Positions 33,750-46,844 of a stretch of 64,000 bases of DNA are shown here, piece by piece. Numbering within the stretch: position 1 is the stretch's first letter; every line of letters begins with the position of its first letter. Source of the stretch: Heptranchias perlo (taxonomy: Eukaryota); the NCBI RefSeq assembly GCF_035084215.1, contig NC_090338.1, forward strand, positions 8,060,001-8,124,000, written 5' to 3'. The notes beneath the pieces were generated by a model, which saw only the letters and a program-made list of their open reading frames with translations, was not told where the DNA came from and made no database searches. The position numbers were made by a program, and so were the translations under genes.

Positions 33750-36143
33750 ATGGCGAATACACGCAGGAGCGGGGCGTTTTTTATTTCCCTGCTTTGTGTG
33801 TCGGACCTGGTTTCGGGACAGATTCGCTACTCAATTCCCGAGGAGTTGGAGCATGGAGCCTTTGTTGGGAACATCGCTGAGAATTTAAGGCTAAACGTTT
33901 GGGAATTACCGTCACGCAAGTTTCGGCTGGTCTCCGATGACAGGAAGCAATACATGGAGGTAAATGTGGAAAATGGGATTTTATTTGTCAATGAAAGAAT
34001 CGACAGAGAACAGATTTGTAGACAAAGCTCTACCTGTTCACTTTCTTTTCAAATAGCGCTTGATAATCCGCTGGAAATGCATCGTGCCGCAGTGGAGATA
34101 CTAGATATAAATGATAATGCACCTAGTTTTTCAAATCGCGAATTCTCACTGGAGATCCGAGAATTAATTGCACCAGGGGCGCGCTTCCCTCTCGAGAGCG
34201 CGCACGATCCGGACGTGGGCACAAACACTGTCAGCAATTACCAAATCAGTCCAAACGACCACTTCGGCCTCAAAGTGCAGACAAGAAGCGACGGGAGTAA
34301 AAGTGCCGAGTTGTTATTAGAGAAGCCCTTGGACCGTGAACAACAGTCTGCCTTTCAGTTGGTACTGACGGCCATCGACGGTGGGAGTCCTCGCAGATCT
34401 GGCACAGCTCGGATTATCATTACTGTACTGGACAGCAACGATAACGCACCTGTATTCGATCATGAAATATACAGGGCCAGTGTACCAGAAAACGGACCTA
34501 AAGGTGCACTAGTGATAAAAATCAACGCTGCTGATTTAGATGAAGGTACCAACGCTGAGCTCTCATATTCTTTCACAAGGCACGTTTCCCAAAGGATTCG
34601 CGATTTGTTCAAATTGGACCCAGTAACTGGAGAGATTAGCATTCAAGGTGTGCTAGATTTTGAAGAAACAAGTGTTTATGAACTTGATGTTCAAGCAGTG
34701 GACAAAGCTCCCCCCGGTATGGCAGCACATGCCAAAGTTATGGTCGGACTAATTGATGTGAATGATAACGTCCCCGAGGTAGAGGTGACGTCAGTATCCA
34801 GCACCATCCCCGAAGATGCGCAGTCTGGGACGGTAATAGCTGTAATCAGTGTAACGGATCTGGATTCGGGGGAAAATGGGCACGTTCAGTGTCAGATACC
34901 CGTAGATATTCCATTTAAACTTCAAAAGTCTTTGAGGAACAATTATAAATTGGTTACGAGTGATATTCTCGATCGTGAAGCAGCCCCAGTGTACAACATC
35001 TCTATTTCAGCCTGGGATGGAGGATCTCCCCCTCTTTCAACGCGAAAAAACATCTTGGTTTCTGTTTCTGATATAAATGACAACGCACCGAGGTTCACAC
35101 AATCCTTATATAATGTGTATCTGATGGAGAACAATAATCCTGGTGCTTCTATATTTGGTGTTATCGCTTTAGATTCCGATTTGGACCAGAATGGGGAAGT
35201 CATCTATTCTATTGTGGAGAGTCAGATGCAAGAAGGGCATGGGTCTGCTTACGTCACGATTAACTCCAAAAATGGGAACATTTACGCACTGCGCTCCTTT
35301 GACTATGAGCAACTGAAACATTTCCAGATCAAAGTTCAAGCTCAAGATGCTGGATCGCCCCCGCTAAGCAGCACGGCCATCGTGAATGTTATTATCTTGG
35401 ACCAAAATGATAATGCTCCGGTTATTGTTTCACCTTTAACGTGGAACAGAACAGCATCTGTGGAGATTGAGCCCCAGTCGGTATATCCAGCATACTTGGT
35501 GTCTAAGGTAATCGCGACTGATGCCGATTCCGGTCAGAACGCAAGGCTTTCCTACCAAATGTTGGCGGCCACTGACCCTACTCTGTTTACCGTGGGGCTT
35601 CTCTCTGGAGAAATCAGAGCGACTCGAAGTTTTAGAGATCAAGACATCATCACAGAAAGATTGGTCCTTTGTGTGAAGGACAATGGACAGCCGAGTCTCT
35701 CCAGTACGGCCACAATCTTCTTTTCAATCTTGTCCAATGTTACAGAAAAATCTTCTGAACGAAGTGACGAACCCAGGCATTCGGGATATTTTTCAGATCT
35801 CAATCGTTATTTAATCATTATTTTAGGATCAACTTCCTTTTTGTTTCTGGTAACCATCATTTTTCTGGTCGTCCTGAAGTATAAACAAAACAGAAATATT
35901 GCTGAAGACTACAGCTCTACAGTCTGTTGTTACAGACAGAAGAATTCGAATGATGCCTACAATCAGAGACCTGCATCAAATGAGCCTTACAATTCTACTG
36001 GGCTTGGTCAGACTGAAGGTTATCGTTATACCGTGTGTTTATCTCCAGAATCATCCAAAAGTGATTTTCTGTTTCTAAAGCCCTGTCATCCTACTTTGCC
36101 TTTCAGTGATGTGAATGTCCGGAACAGCCACGCGATGACATAA
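33750..36143 (+). CDS. Clustered protocadherin variable-type exon V4 (group B), 797 aa
   Basis: acaATGG, signal peptide, QIRYSIPEE, CRQSSTC, six cadherin repeats, TM, YTVCLSPESSKSDFLFLKPC and stop TAA. Confidence 0.96.
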   Translation: MANTRRSGAFFISLLCVSDLVSGQIRYSIPEELEHGAFVGNIAENLRLNVWELPSRKFRLVSDDRKQYMEVNVENGILFVNERIDREQICRQSSTCSLSFQIALDNPLEMHRAAVEILDINDNAPSFSNREFSLEIRELIAPGARFPLESAHDPDVGTNTVSNYQISPNDHFGLKVQTRSDGSKSAELLLEKPLDREQQSAFQLVLTAIDGGSPRRSGTARIIITVLDSNDNAPVFDHEIYRASVPENGPKGALVIKINAADLDEGTNAELSYSFTRHVSQRIRDLFKLDPVTGEISIQGVLDFEETSVYELDVQAVDKAPPGMAAHAKVMVGLIDVNDNVPEVEVTSVSSTIPEDAQSGTVIAVISVTDLDSGENGHVQCQIPVDIPFKLQKSLRNNYKLVTSDILDREAAPVYNISISAWDGGSPPLSTRKNILVSVSDINDNAPRFTQSLYNVYLMENNNPGASIFGVIALDSDLDQNGEVIYSIVESQMQEGHGSAYVTINSKNGNIYALRSFDYEQLKHFQIKVQAQDAGSPPLSSTAIVNVIILDQNDNAPVIVSPLTWNRTASVEIEPQSVYPAYLVSKVIATDADSGQNARLSYQMLAATDPTLFTVGLLSGEIRATRSFRDQDIITERLVLCVKDNGQPSLSSTATIFFSILSNVTEKSSERSDEPRHSGYFSDLNRYLIIILGSTSFLFLVTIIFLVVLKYKQNRNIAEDYSSTVCCYRQKNSNDAYNQRPASNEPYNSTGLGQTEGYRYTVCLSPESSKSDFLFLKPCHPTLPFSDVNVRNSHAMT

Positions 36144-37250
36144 TTTAGACAGCAACTTTTATGTCGACAGGTAATTGAATTTGATGAAGAGTTATATATT
36201 ATATGTTTAATTAGAGGATAAGTTTTGTTGATTTGACTAAATCCGCACCTTGGTAGCAGAAGTCTTGATTGGCTAAATTGCATACTGCTGCTCCTATGAT
36301 CCTGCATGCCAGTGATGCTGAATGTACCTGCCACTTTTCTGACACCCCTGAGTAGAACATACTGTATTGACATTTGCATGAAATATGGGTTTTTCTCGTT
36401 TCAAATACTGTTTTGATGAAGTACTTATCAACATGTTCCTTTCGCATTCCACTCTTCGATGCTGTATTTTATCGCATGTATATCGAACTGCTTAGTATGA
36501 CAAGGCATAAGTTCAGGGCCAGGGGCGCTTTCAGCGATGACTGTAACGTTTCATAGAACGAAAACATTTCTATTAGATACCAAGCTGAATTAATATCTTT
36601 GGATTTCTTTTCCGTGTAGTGGCAACATTGACTTTTAAAAATAAATACCCTCTTAAAATATTACATATTATCCACAAATAATATATAAGTAATGCAATAG
36701 AATTGGTCAAAATCAAATCATTCCTCAGATTTGCTTCTGACTTTACGTAATACACTGAGCTGTCGGTGAAGTAATCTATTTGATAATAAATTGGGTACCC
36801 GTGACTCGCAAAAATCTCGCTTAAATATCTGTTATCCTGGAGGTGATAACATTCTCAATGCTAAAAGCGTCACACTCACCTGTCACAGTCTGTGTCACGC
36901 TCTCTAGCTGCTGTGTCACAATGAGGGTATAAGACATTGTGAGTGTACAATCCAGTCACCGGATTCTTACACGTAATTCAATATGCTTATCTGAAATCTT
37001 TCCGTGTTCCATTTTTTCCTCAGTTACTAAAATTTTTAATGTTCAAAATAAGGAGTTAAAACAAAATAAACAAAATTAAAAAATGACATAGTTTACAGCA
37101 GCATGATTACATTTGTGAACTGAAATGTCTTTTTATGACCGAATTCATTTTTTTATTTGAAGGCCATACCTCGGCCAAAAGCGTGAGCTTAGCCTCGATA
37201 TTTTTGCACATAGCTGTAATTCTCTGAGCTAAATTTGGATTTTGCAGTCT
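36144..37250 (+). repeat. Group-B 3' flank, paralogous to 44445-45520 and 54021-55206/62529-62610
   Basis: Shared words caaggcataa.ttcaggg, cagatttgcttctgac, ttcaaaataaggagttaaa and tgaaggccatacctcgg. Confidence 0.8.
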
Positions 37251-39998
37251 GATGGAGTGATAGAATCTGCTATCCGATTCAATGTATTATATAATGTAAT
37301 CTACATCACAGACTAGATCATTCTGCATATCCTATGTTGAGGAAAATGTTTTCCAATTATCGAACGTTATCTTTGTTTAAATTTATAATTGCAAAGATTA
37401 AGTGAGATTCCCCGAAATGCCTCACGGTGTTGTTCATAGAAGTGAAATCCCATTGAGGGCAGGGACGAAACCCAATTTTGACTCAACGAGAACAATTCTG
37501 GTAACAAAGAGAAACGGAACGAAATGGCACAGAGAAAATATAAAAACAAATCTGACTCCACTAAAGCATTTTCCCTGTTGAGTAATGACAAAGCACCTCC
37601 AGGCATGACAAGAAAACATATTGTGGAGTATTCCAAGAATATGTTTCAAATGAATTACTAGGGATGGCTTTCACTAGGCTATAGTTCAATTGTTGTCAGG
37701 TGCCAAGAAAGCTTTGAAATCTTGGACATCTCATCTGAATTTCTGCACGAAGGAATCTTGACCAATCCACGGTCAAAATGATGCCAAGCAACGCATGATA
37801 GTCCCATGTAGGGAACCAACCTCATTGGTCTTCGCTGTGCGCGAGCCATTTCCTCTACTTCAACTGGAACACATGATCAGATCTTTACAGAGGCGGTCAA
37901 CAGCAAGGCCGTGGCTAAGGCCGGTGAAATCGAATGCTTGGATGGAGATTTCAGTCCGATTCAAAGCTTTTCTTAGATAAAGGCTCCTTATTCGTAAACA
38001 ACTGGGAAAATATAACTCAGATGCAGACAAACTACTAATTTCTTGATCAGAAAGGAAGTTCCTCGTGTCAAAAAATTGACCTTTTTACCGTAATGCTTTA
38101 CTAGCAAGACTGGCCAATTTTGGCTCATTTTGGACAGAAGAGTCCTGATAAATGAAAATGAAGGGAAAGGTTTATTAACATAAATTTTTATATCTGAATG
38201 TGGCGTTATTTCAAGTAATAACGGGACGTTTTCATGGAACGATTCTTCTCCCCTGTACGACGAATGCCACCGATACAAAGTACTCACCACCATCACTGCA
38301 TGAGCACATGAAATGCTCATAATGGATCTTTTAACAATACGCGCCTTCCTCCAACGGCACGACCAGCGTTCCTACCCTCAATAAAATAATTAATTTTGAT
38401 AGTGGTGATTAGGAGTTTTTGCAGGATATTTGCACCTCATCACTTTGATTATGAGGTTGTGCTGGTTGTTACTTTGAGTTTTTTTCATAATTGTTCTTAA
38501 ATGCTTCGACTTGAACTTCCATTGCAGCCTCTTCGACTCTAAGAACAGTAACAGGGAGGATAAAAAAGTCTGGAGTGCGCATTTCCCACCTTTAAACGGT
38601 GCTGCGTAATGGCATATTAACCTTCATTCGGGCGCCTGCATCGCGCTACACTTTTCTTTCCCAATTATTGCAGACAGGTTTAACTTTTATAGGAACATAG
38701 GAACTTGTAGACGAAAAAAAGACCACAGTCCATCTAGTTCGTCTTCTACCATCCTGGTAGTCGCATGATACATTGATAATGTAGTTGTTGATTAATTATA
38801 GCAATCAATCTCTATCAATTACAGCAAACCCAGAAAAGAAACGAGGAAAACCCCAGTGGTGGAGAGCTTTGGGAACCATAGGTCCAAAGTCACTTTTTTG
38901 CCCCCAAGCATGCCACACTTATGTCATCTCTCAAATTACTCTTATAGTTTTTCCAAAAATGTTATTTGCTTTCGTTCCAGGATCAACTATATTAGCTATA
39001 TATCTGCCTTATAAACAAGGGCATTTAAACTCATTGATGTGTTGGTTGTAAAGTAATTTAAACGAACTTCCTGTCATTGTTTTATAGTCACTGCAGCTCA
39101 GAATTCGACTTGGGATTCTGCAACACACTTTATGTTCAATTCACACCATGCAGCAGAGGAATTATCCCATTGCTTTTACACTCAAGAAGAAAGAGAAGAG
39201 AAGGTATTCAAGATCTGCAGGAGACTAAAATTAAGCTTTGAGCAGAAATACTGCAAGAGATTTGAATCAACCGGAGTGGTTCCTCTTGTTTGCGTGGCTT
39301 AGCGACAAGCTAGATTGTAGTTTGGTATTTTGATATTTACGATCAGATGAACAGTGGAAGTCTTCACCAATACACTTGCTATATCGTTGGGCACAGCGAC
39401 CCGACGAATTCCGAGGCCAAGTAATTGGGACACCATGGCATGGCTGAAGATAAGTGATACTGGCAGCAGGCTTACGCTGCTGCCCAGCGGTGTAGCTGTT
39501 CATCTATTGCTCCTCATGGCAGCCTCTAGATTGTATCATGCAAGCCTGGAAATTATGACTAATTAAAGGTAAATATATCTCGTATGCATCCGGTGCTGAT
39601 GCAGGAGATATAATTGTGAGGAATATTAGCGTTCTCAACTGCATAACAAATATTATGCTGATTTTCTAATGAGCTACATTATTCCATGTGTGTCTGGAAA
39701 TTTTGGTGGCATTCTCTTAAATAGATATGCCTGCCTACGGCCTTGTTCAGAAATATGGTTCAGGTTTAATCTTTGCATTTCTCGGATTAATATCGGCGAT
39801 CGATTTATTGTGGCACAATAGTCCGGTTAATATAAATGACCAGCAGAGACTTTCATATTTTTACAACAAAATCCAGTCCAGAATAATGGTGAATACAATC
39901 ATCAGTCTTCTATTTTCCTGCTTTGTGCGTCGGACTTGGTTTGGGGACAAATTCGCTACTCGATTCCCAAGGAATTGGACCATAGTGTGGAATTGGAC

Positions 39999-41349
39999 CA
40001 ATCATCAGTAAAGTGATGGAAGGTGTCATCGACAGTGCTATGAAGCGGCACTTACTCACCAATAATCTGCTCACCGATGCTCAGTTTGGGTTCCACCAGG
40101 ACCACTCGGCTCCAGATCTCACTACAGCATTGGTCAAACATGGACAAACGAGCTGAATTCCAGAGGTGAGGTGAGAGTGACTGCCCTTGGCATCAAGGCA
40201 GCATTTGCCCCAGTGTGGCACCAAGGAACCCTAGTAAAATTGAAGTCAGTGGGAATCAGGGGGAAAACTCTTCAGTGGCTGGAGTCATACCTAGCACGAA
40301 GGAAGATGGTAGTGATTGTTGGAGGCCAATCATCTCAGCCCCAGGACATTGCTGCAGGAGCTCCTCAGGGCAGTGTCCTAGACCCAAACATTTTCAGCTG
40401 CTTCATCAATGACCTTCCCTCCATCATAAGGTCAGAAATGGGGATGTTCGCTAATGATTGCACAGTGATCAGTTTCATTCTCAACCCCTCGGATAATGAA
40501 GCAGTCCGTGCTCGCGTGCAGCAAGACCTGGACCATATCCAGGTTTGGGCTGATAAGTGGCAAGTAACATTTGCACCAGATAAGTGCCAGGCAATGACCA
40601 TCTCCAACAATAGAGAGCCTAACCACCTCCCATTGACATTCAATGGCATTACCATCACCGAATCCCCCACCATTAACATCCTGGGGGTCACCATTGACCA
40701 GAAACTTAACTGGACTAGCCACGTAAATACTTTTCCTACAAGAGCAAGGCAGAGGCTGGGTATTCTGCGATGAGTGACTCACCTCCTGATTCCCCAAAGC
40801 CTTTCCACCATCTACAAGGCACAAATCACGAGTGTGATGGAACACTCTCCACTTGCCTGGATAAGTGCAGCTCCAGCAACACTCAAGAAGCTCGACATCA
40901 TCAAGGACAAAGCAGTCCGCTTGATTGGCATCCCATCCAACACCCTAAACATTCACTCCCTTCACCACCGACGCACTGTGGCTGCAGTGTGTATCATACA
41001 CAGGATGCACTGCAACATCTCGCCAAGGCTTCTTCGACAGCACCTCCCAAATCAGCGACCTCTACCATCTAGTAGGACAAGGGCAGCAGGCACATGGAAA
41101 CAACACCACCTGCACGTTCCCCTCCAAGTCACACACCATCCCGACTTGGAAATATATCGCCGTTCCTTCATCGTCTTTGGGCCAAAATCCTGGAACTCCC
41201 TTCCTAACAGCACTGTGGGAGAACCTTCACCACAGGGACTGCAGTGTTTCAAGAAGGCGGCTCACCACCACCTTCTCAAGTGCAATTAGGGATGGGCAAT
41301 AAATGCTGGACTCGCCATCGACGCCCACATCCCATGAACGAATAAAAAA
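39999..41349 (+). mobile_element. Family-B LINE inserted in EC1 of psi2
   Basis: RT VWHQGTLVKLKS, PQGSVLDP and FANDCT; 3' end cccacatcccatgaacgaataaaaaaa; TSD ATAG (39982-39985, 41350-41353). Confidence 0.93.
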
Positions 41350-42711
41350 ATAGAGCCTTTACTGGGAATATCGTTGAGGATTTAGGACTAAACATTTGGG
41401 AATTATCGTCTCGCAAGTTTCGGCTGGTCTTTGATGACAGGAAGCAACACATGGACGTAAATGTGGAAAATGGTATTTTGTTAGCTAATGAAAGAATCGA
41501 CAGAGAACAGTTTTGTAAACACAGTTGTACCTATTCCCTTTCTTTTCAAATAGCGCTCGATAATCCATTGAAAATGCATTGCGTTGCAGTGGAGATACTC
41601 GATGTGAATGGTAATTCACCTTGTTTTTCAAAGGATTGGTTTTTGCTGCAAATCAGTGAATTAATTGCGCCAGGGGCGCTCTTCCCCCTCGAGAGCGCAC
41701 GCCAACGGACCTGGGCGCAAACACAATCAACATTTACCAGATCAGTCCAAACGAGCATTTCGGCATTTAAGTGCAGACATGAAGGGATGGAAGTAAAAGT
41801 GCTGAGCTGCAATCAGAGAAGTCCTTGGACCGTGAACGACAGTCAACCTTTCATCTTGTACTGACGGCCATTGACGGTGGGGTTCTACACAGATCCGGCT
41901 CAGCTCGGGTTATCATTACAGTCGTGCACGGGAATGATAACGCACCTGTACTCGATCTTGAAATGTACAGGGCGACTGTAGCAGAAAACGTCCTGAAAGA
42001 TACATTAATAATAAAAATCAACGCTGCTGATGTGGATGAAGTTACTAACGCTGAGCTAACATATTCTTTCACAAGTCAAGTTTCCCACAGGATTCGCGAG
42101 TTGTCCAGATTGGACCCAGTAACTGGAAAGGTTACAGTTGAATGTGCACTGGATTTTGAAGAGTCAAGTGTTTATGAACTTGATGTACAAGCTGTGGACA
42201 ACGCTCCACCCGGTATGACACGACATACCAAAATTAACGTCGGTTTAACTGATGTGAATTATAATGTCCCAGAGGTAGAGATGCCGTCGGTATCCAGCAC
42301 GGTCCCCGAAGATGCGCATCCTGGGACTGTGATAGCTGTAATCTATGTAATCGGTTTAGATTGGGGAAAAATGAGGTTGTTCAGTGTCAAATTCCCGTAG
42401 ATTGACCGTTTAAACTTCCAAAGTCTTGCAGGAATAATTATAATTTGGTTATGAGTGATGTTCTCGACCGTGAAACAATCCCATCGTACAATATCTCTAT
42501 TTCAGCCTGGGAGGGAGGATCCCCCGCTCCTTCAACACGTAAAATTATCTTGGTTTAGGTTTCTGATTTAAACGACAATACACCGACGTTTACACCGTCT
42601 TTACATAATGTGTATCTATTAGAAGCCAACACTCCTGGTGCTTCTATATTTGCTGTTACCCCGCTTTGGATTCAGATTTGGACCACAATGGTGAAGTTAT
42701 CTATTCTATTC

Positions 42712-43491
42712 TGTTAGACTATGCAGTCATGTATTAAAAATGTAAGAGATAAAATAATTGTTTAAAGCAACGTATGTAATCATGAAATGCATTCAATATA
42801 TAACCACATTTATTCAGTATACTAACCAAGGCAGTTATATAGAATTTACCGTGGACAATGTGTGTTGAAACCGCACAGTTAATACTTTGTTTAAGTTTCA
42901 TAAATATTAAAGAATTTAGCATGTCTGGTAAAAGGCAAGCTACATTCCCCAAAAGAGATACGGGGAACACCAAGTGCCTTTCCATTGTCTAGAACACGTT
43001 ACTGTTATCAGCCTAATCTTTTCAACAAATTGATGAGATTAAGTCCGGCCTCCTCGTCAAAATTGATTAGATTAAGACAGCATGCCACATGATCCTCAGC
43101 TACAGTGTATAAGTATAGAGCTGGAACAAAAGTTCAGAGTAGATGAACACAGTAGAGGGTGCAGACTAGATTTGTCCAGGTGGACGTAAATGCTGGCAGG
43201 AGCCTTACGCCTGTATAATCTGAAGAAGTCTGGAGAAAGCAAGATTCGTGGGATGCAAGGGGTGGGGGCCGATAGGACCATGAGAGGTGAGAGGCCAAGG
43301 CTCAAGCGCTACCCAGCGTGGAAGCGGGTAATGTATCTCCAGTTTCCATTCTGTACAGTGCCGCTTAAATACTAAGTGTATTAAACCGTTCTTTGCAATA
43401 AAGTTCTTGCCACTGTAACCAATTGGTGTCAACTTGAATCTTTCGGAATTGGGAAGTAGGTAGCGGAGCAGAGGCTCCCTTAGAGGTCACA
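42712..43491 (+). mobile_element. Solo LTR inserted in EC5 of psi2
   Basis: Interrupts Pcdh homology; TGTTAGAC...GGTCACA termini; TATAA 43108-43112; AATAAA 43397-43402; ATTC on both sides (42708-42711, 43491-43494, overlapping the terminal A). Confidence 0.7.
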
Positions 43492-44218
43492 TTCCCAATA
43501 AGCGGGGTCTGCCTCCGTCACGATTAATTCCAAAAATGGGAACATTTACCCGCTCTGCTCCTGTGACTATGAGCAACTGAAGAATTTCTAAATCAAAATT
43601 CAAGCCCAGGATGCTGGATCTCCCCCATTGAGCAGCACTGTCTTCATGATTCTTATTATCATGGACCAAAATGGCAATACTCCGGTTATTGTTTCACCTT
43701 TAACGTGGAACAATTCAGCATCAGTGGAGATTGTCCCCCAGTCAGTATATTTAGGAAGGTAACTGAGGCGGATGCCGATTCCGGTCAGAACAAACAGCTC
43801 TCCTATCAATTGTTGTGGGCCACTGATCCCCGTCTGTTTACTGTGGGGCTTCTCCCTGTCGAAACCTGAACATCTCGAAGTGTTATGGAGCAGACTATCA
43901 TCAAAGAACGACTGGTACTCCGTGTGAAGGACAATGGACAGCCGAGTTTCTCCAGTACGTCCATAATTTGCTTTTCAATCTTGTCCAACATTATTGAAAA
44001 ATCATCTTAACGAACTGACGAACCCAGACAGTCGGAGTATTTTTTGCATCTAATTCGTTATTTAATCGTCATTTTAGGATCAACTTCCTTTTTGTTTCTT
44101 GTAACCATCATTTGTCTGGTCGTCCTGAAATATAAACACGTCAGAAATATTGCTGAAGACTACAGCTCTATAGTTTTTTTTACGGACGGAGGAATTTGAA
44201 TGATCGCTCTTATCGGAG

Positions 44219-44263
44219 ATAGAGTTATACAGCACGGATAGAGGCCCTTCGGCCCATCGTGTC
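44219..44263 (-). mobile_element. Tiny CR1 3'-tail insertion in the psi2 cytoplasmic region
   Basis: atagagttatacagcacggatagaggcccttcggcccatcgtg is the reverse complement of a CR1 terminus and is absent from V4. Confidence 0.7.
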
Positions 44264-46084
44264 GCAATCGATCTGTAGCAATCGATCATTAAATTATACC
44301 GGTCTTGGTCAATCTGAAGGTTATCGTTATATCGTGTGTTTATCTGCAGGATCATCCAAGATTGATCTTCTGTTTCCATAGCCCTGTCATCCTACTTTGC
44401 CTTTCAATGATATGAATGTCCGGAACAGCAACGCGATGACATAATTTAGACAGCAACCTTTATGCTGACAGATAATTCACTTTGATGAAGAGTTATAATT
44501 GTGTTCAATTAGAGGATAAGTTTTGCATACTTGACTAAATCCTCACATTGGTAGTGGAAGGCTTGATAGGCTGAAGTGCTTAATGCTGTTCCTATATTCC
44601 TACGTGTTCTCGGTGCAGAATATGCATGCCTCTTTTCTGACAGCCCCATGTAGTACATACTATAGTAACGTTAGAATGAACCTGGCTTTTATTGGTTTCA
44701 ATTTCTGTTTTGATAAAGTACATAACAACGTCTCCCTCTGTCATTGTTTTCTCCCCTGCTGTGTTGGTGTCTTAGCACATGCATATTAAACTGTTGAGTA
44801 TCACAAGGCATAATTTCAGGGCCAGGGGCGCTTTCACTGATGACTGTAACATTTCATTGAACTAAAACCTTTCTAATAGAAGCCACGCTGAATTAAAATC
44901 TTTGGAACTCCTTACGTGTAGCGGCAACATCGACATTTTTAAGTAAACATCCCCTCTTAAAATGTTACCTATTATCCACAAAAAATATATAGCAAATCAA
45001 TCGATTTTGTTGAAGTCAAATAATTGCTCAGATTTGCTTCTGACATTACATAATACACTGAGCTTCGGGTGAAGTAATCTATTTTATGATAAATTGGGCA
45101 CTCGGGACTCGCAAACAGCTCACTTATATATCTGCAGTATCTGTTACTCTATAGATGGTGCCTTGATAGATACGCTCAATGCTGAAGGTGTCACACTTTC
45201 CTGTCATACCTTTGTCACGCACTCTAGCTGCTGTTTTATAATGAGCGTATATGACCTTGTGATTGTACAATCCAGCCACCAGGTTCTTACACATAATTCA
45301 ATCTGCTTTCTGAACTTTTTCGTGTGCCATTTTTTCCTCAGTAACTAAAATTTCTATTGTTCAAAATAAGGAGTTAAACAAAATAAATAAAAAGAAAATA
45401 TTACACAGTTGACAAATTTAAGATGATTAATTTTGTCAACTGAATTGTCTTTTTATGACCTAATTAAAGTTTCTAACTGAAAACCACACCCATCCAACAG
45501 CCTGGGCTTGATATTTTGGCAAATAAATGTGACTTGTATGTGACTGTGAACTTCAATGAGGAAAAAACAGATATTGATTGCACACCGATTGCAAATGTTG
45601 TTTTATGCTCTCCAAACTTAACAAATACAGAATGCTCAGAGGGAGTATTTTCTTGTTGTAAGTAAGCTTAAAAAATGGAGCAACCAGTTTCTTATCATGT
45701 GACCTGATTATCAATTTTGATGTTCCTACTTAGAAAATGTAAACATTCTATTTCCTAATAGCTGCCATATATAGCCACAGAAACACAAAGAGAATCACAC
45801 TGTCTTTAATCATTTGATTTGTTTTTTGAATAATAACCAATCGAGTTGAATTTTAAAAGTTCTAATTTCCATCTACATTGTGTTGATACTTATTAGAATA
45901 ATTACATTATCATCTGTGTGGGAGAGAGGGTGAGAGAGAGAGGGGCAGAGAGATAGACACAAAATTATATGTCCCGGAATCAATCACAAAACACAAAATT
46001 CAGTATTTACAGTGATAGCTATGAAAGTTCTAAACCAGTGCTGCTAGATATGAGATTTCCCTGCCCCCAACACATGCCCTGCCT

Positions 46085-46844
46085 TGTAGGAAAAGGCGAA
46101 TAAGCTAAGAAATGATGAAATATGAAATTAACTGTAGACGGGTTAAAGAAACTAAGATTAAGCTGATTTTAACATGAACCAGCAGCCTCATTAACCCTGC
46201 TAAAGGGAAAGAGTGCGCAAAGCACTATGAACCATTTACCCTGCTGAAAAGAAGGGAGGTAAAGGCGCCAGAAATTAAAAGGCCATCAACTCACTGAAAG
46301 AAAAAATATAGACACACAATGAGTCAGCCACCCGAGGGAACATTAAAACATTAAAAGAGGAATGTGGTTGTGTATCAAAAAACCTGCAATGGGGACAACC
46401 CAGATCAGTCAATCACAGTTTAGAGGAAACACCGCCTACCTGGCCAAATCACCTGAGAGACAGAAATTGCGGGAATGGGCCATGCCTCAGGCAGAAAACA
46501 GTGTATAAAGGTTGACCCATAGCTACCTGAAGCACAGTCGGAATATCGAAAGGATCAGATCCTTCCAGGGGACGCAAATGCTGGCAAAACGGCCTAACCC
46601 TGTGTCGTCCTAAAAGGGGAGACGTAACGGAAGCAGACGCAGCGAGGAATATAGAACTGGCGCCCGTGCTGGCTGTCCAGTCCTAGACGGGTAATTTATT
46701 TCCTGTCTGGGGTTGTTAGTTACCGTTCGATGATGTGTGTATCATTTGCTGTTTCTGAGCAATAAAGCCTCAATTCTTTACCAATACGGTGTGGGGTCGA
46801 ATTGATTAAAAGGAACTACCGTACCTTATTATGGGATTCCAACA
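46085..46844 (+). mobile_element. Solo LTR (760 bp)
   Basis: TGTAGGAA...TTCCAACA inverted termini (7/8); near-TSD GCCT/GCTT; gtgTATAAAg at 46501-46510; AATAAA at 46761-46766; empty paralogous site near 62905. Confidence 0.85.

Larger units (their letters stand above)
39886..44444 (+). pseudogene. Protocadherin pseudogene psi2 (V4 paralog), disrupted by a LINE, a solo LTR and a CR1 tail
   Basis: ATG 39886, acaaattcgctactcgattccc; resumes at 41350 (DVNVENGIL, LDRERQSTFHLVLTAIDGG) and about 43500; many frameshifts; ends gcgatgacaTAA like V4. Confidence 0.93.

Noticed and set aside
37690-38690. Unique CpG-containing spacer segment, considered as a possible constant exon or enhancer
   Set aside because: I found no constant-region peptide or other recognisable motif, so it is left unannotated.
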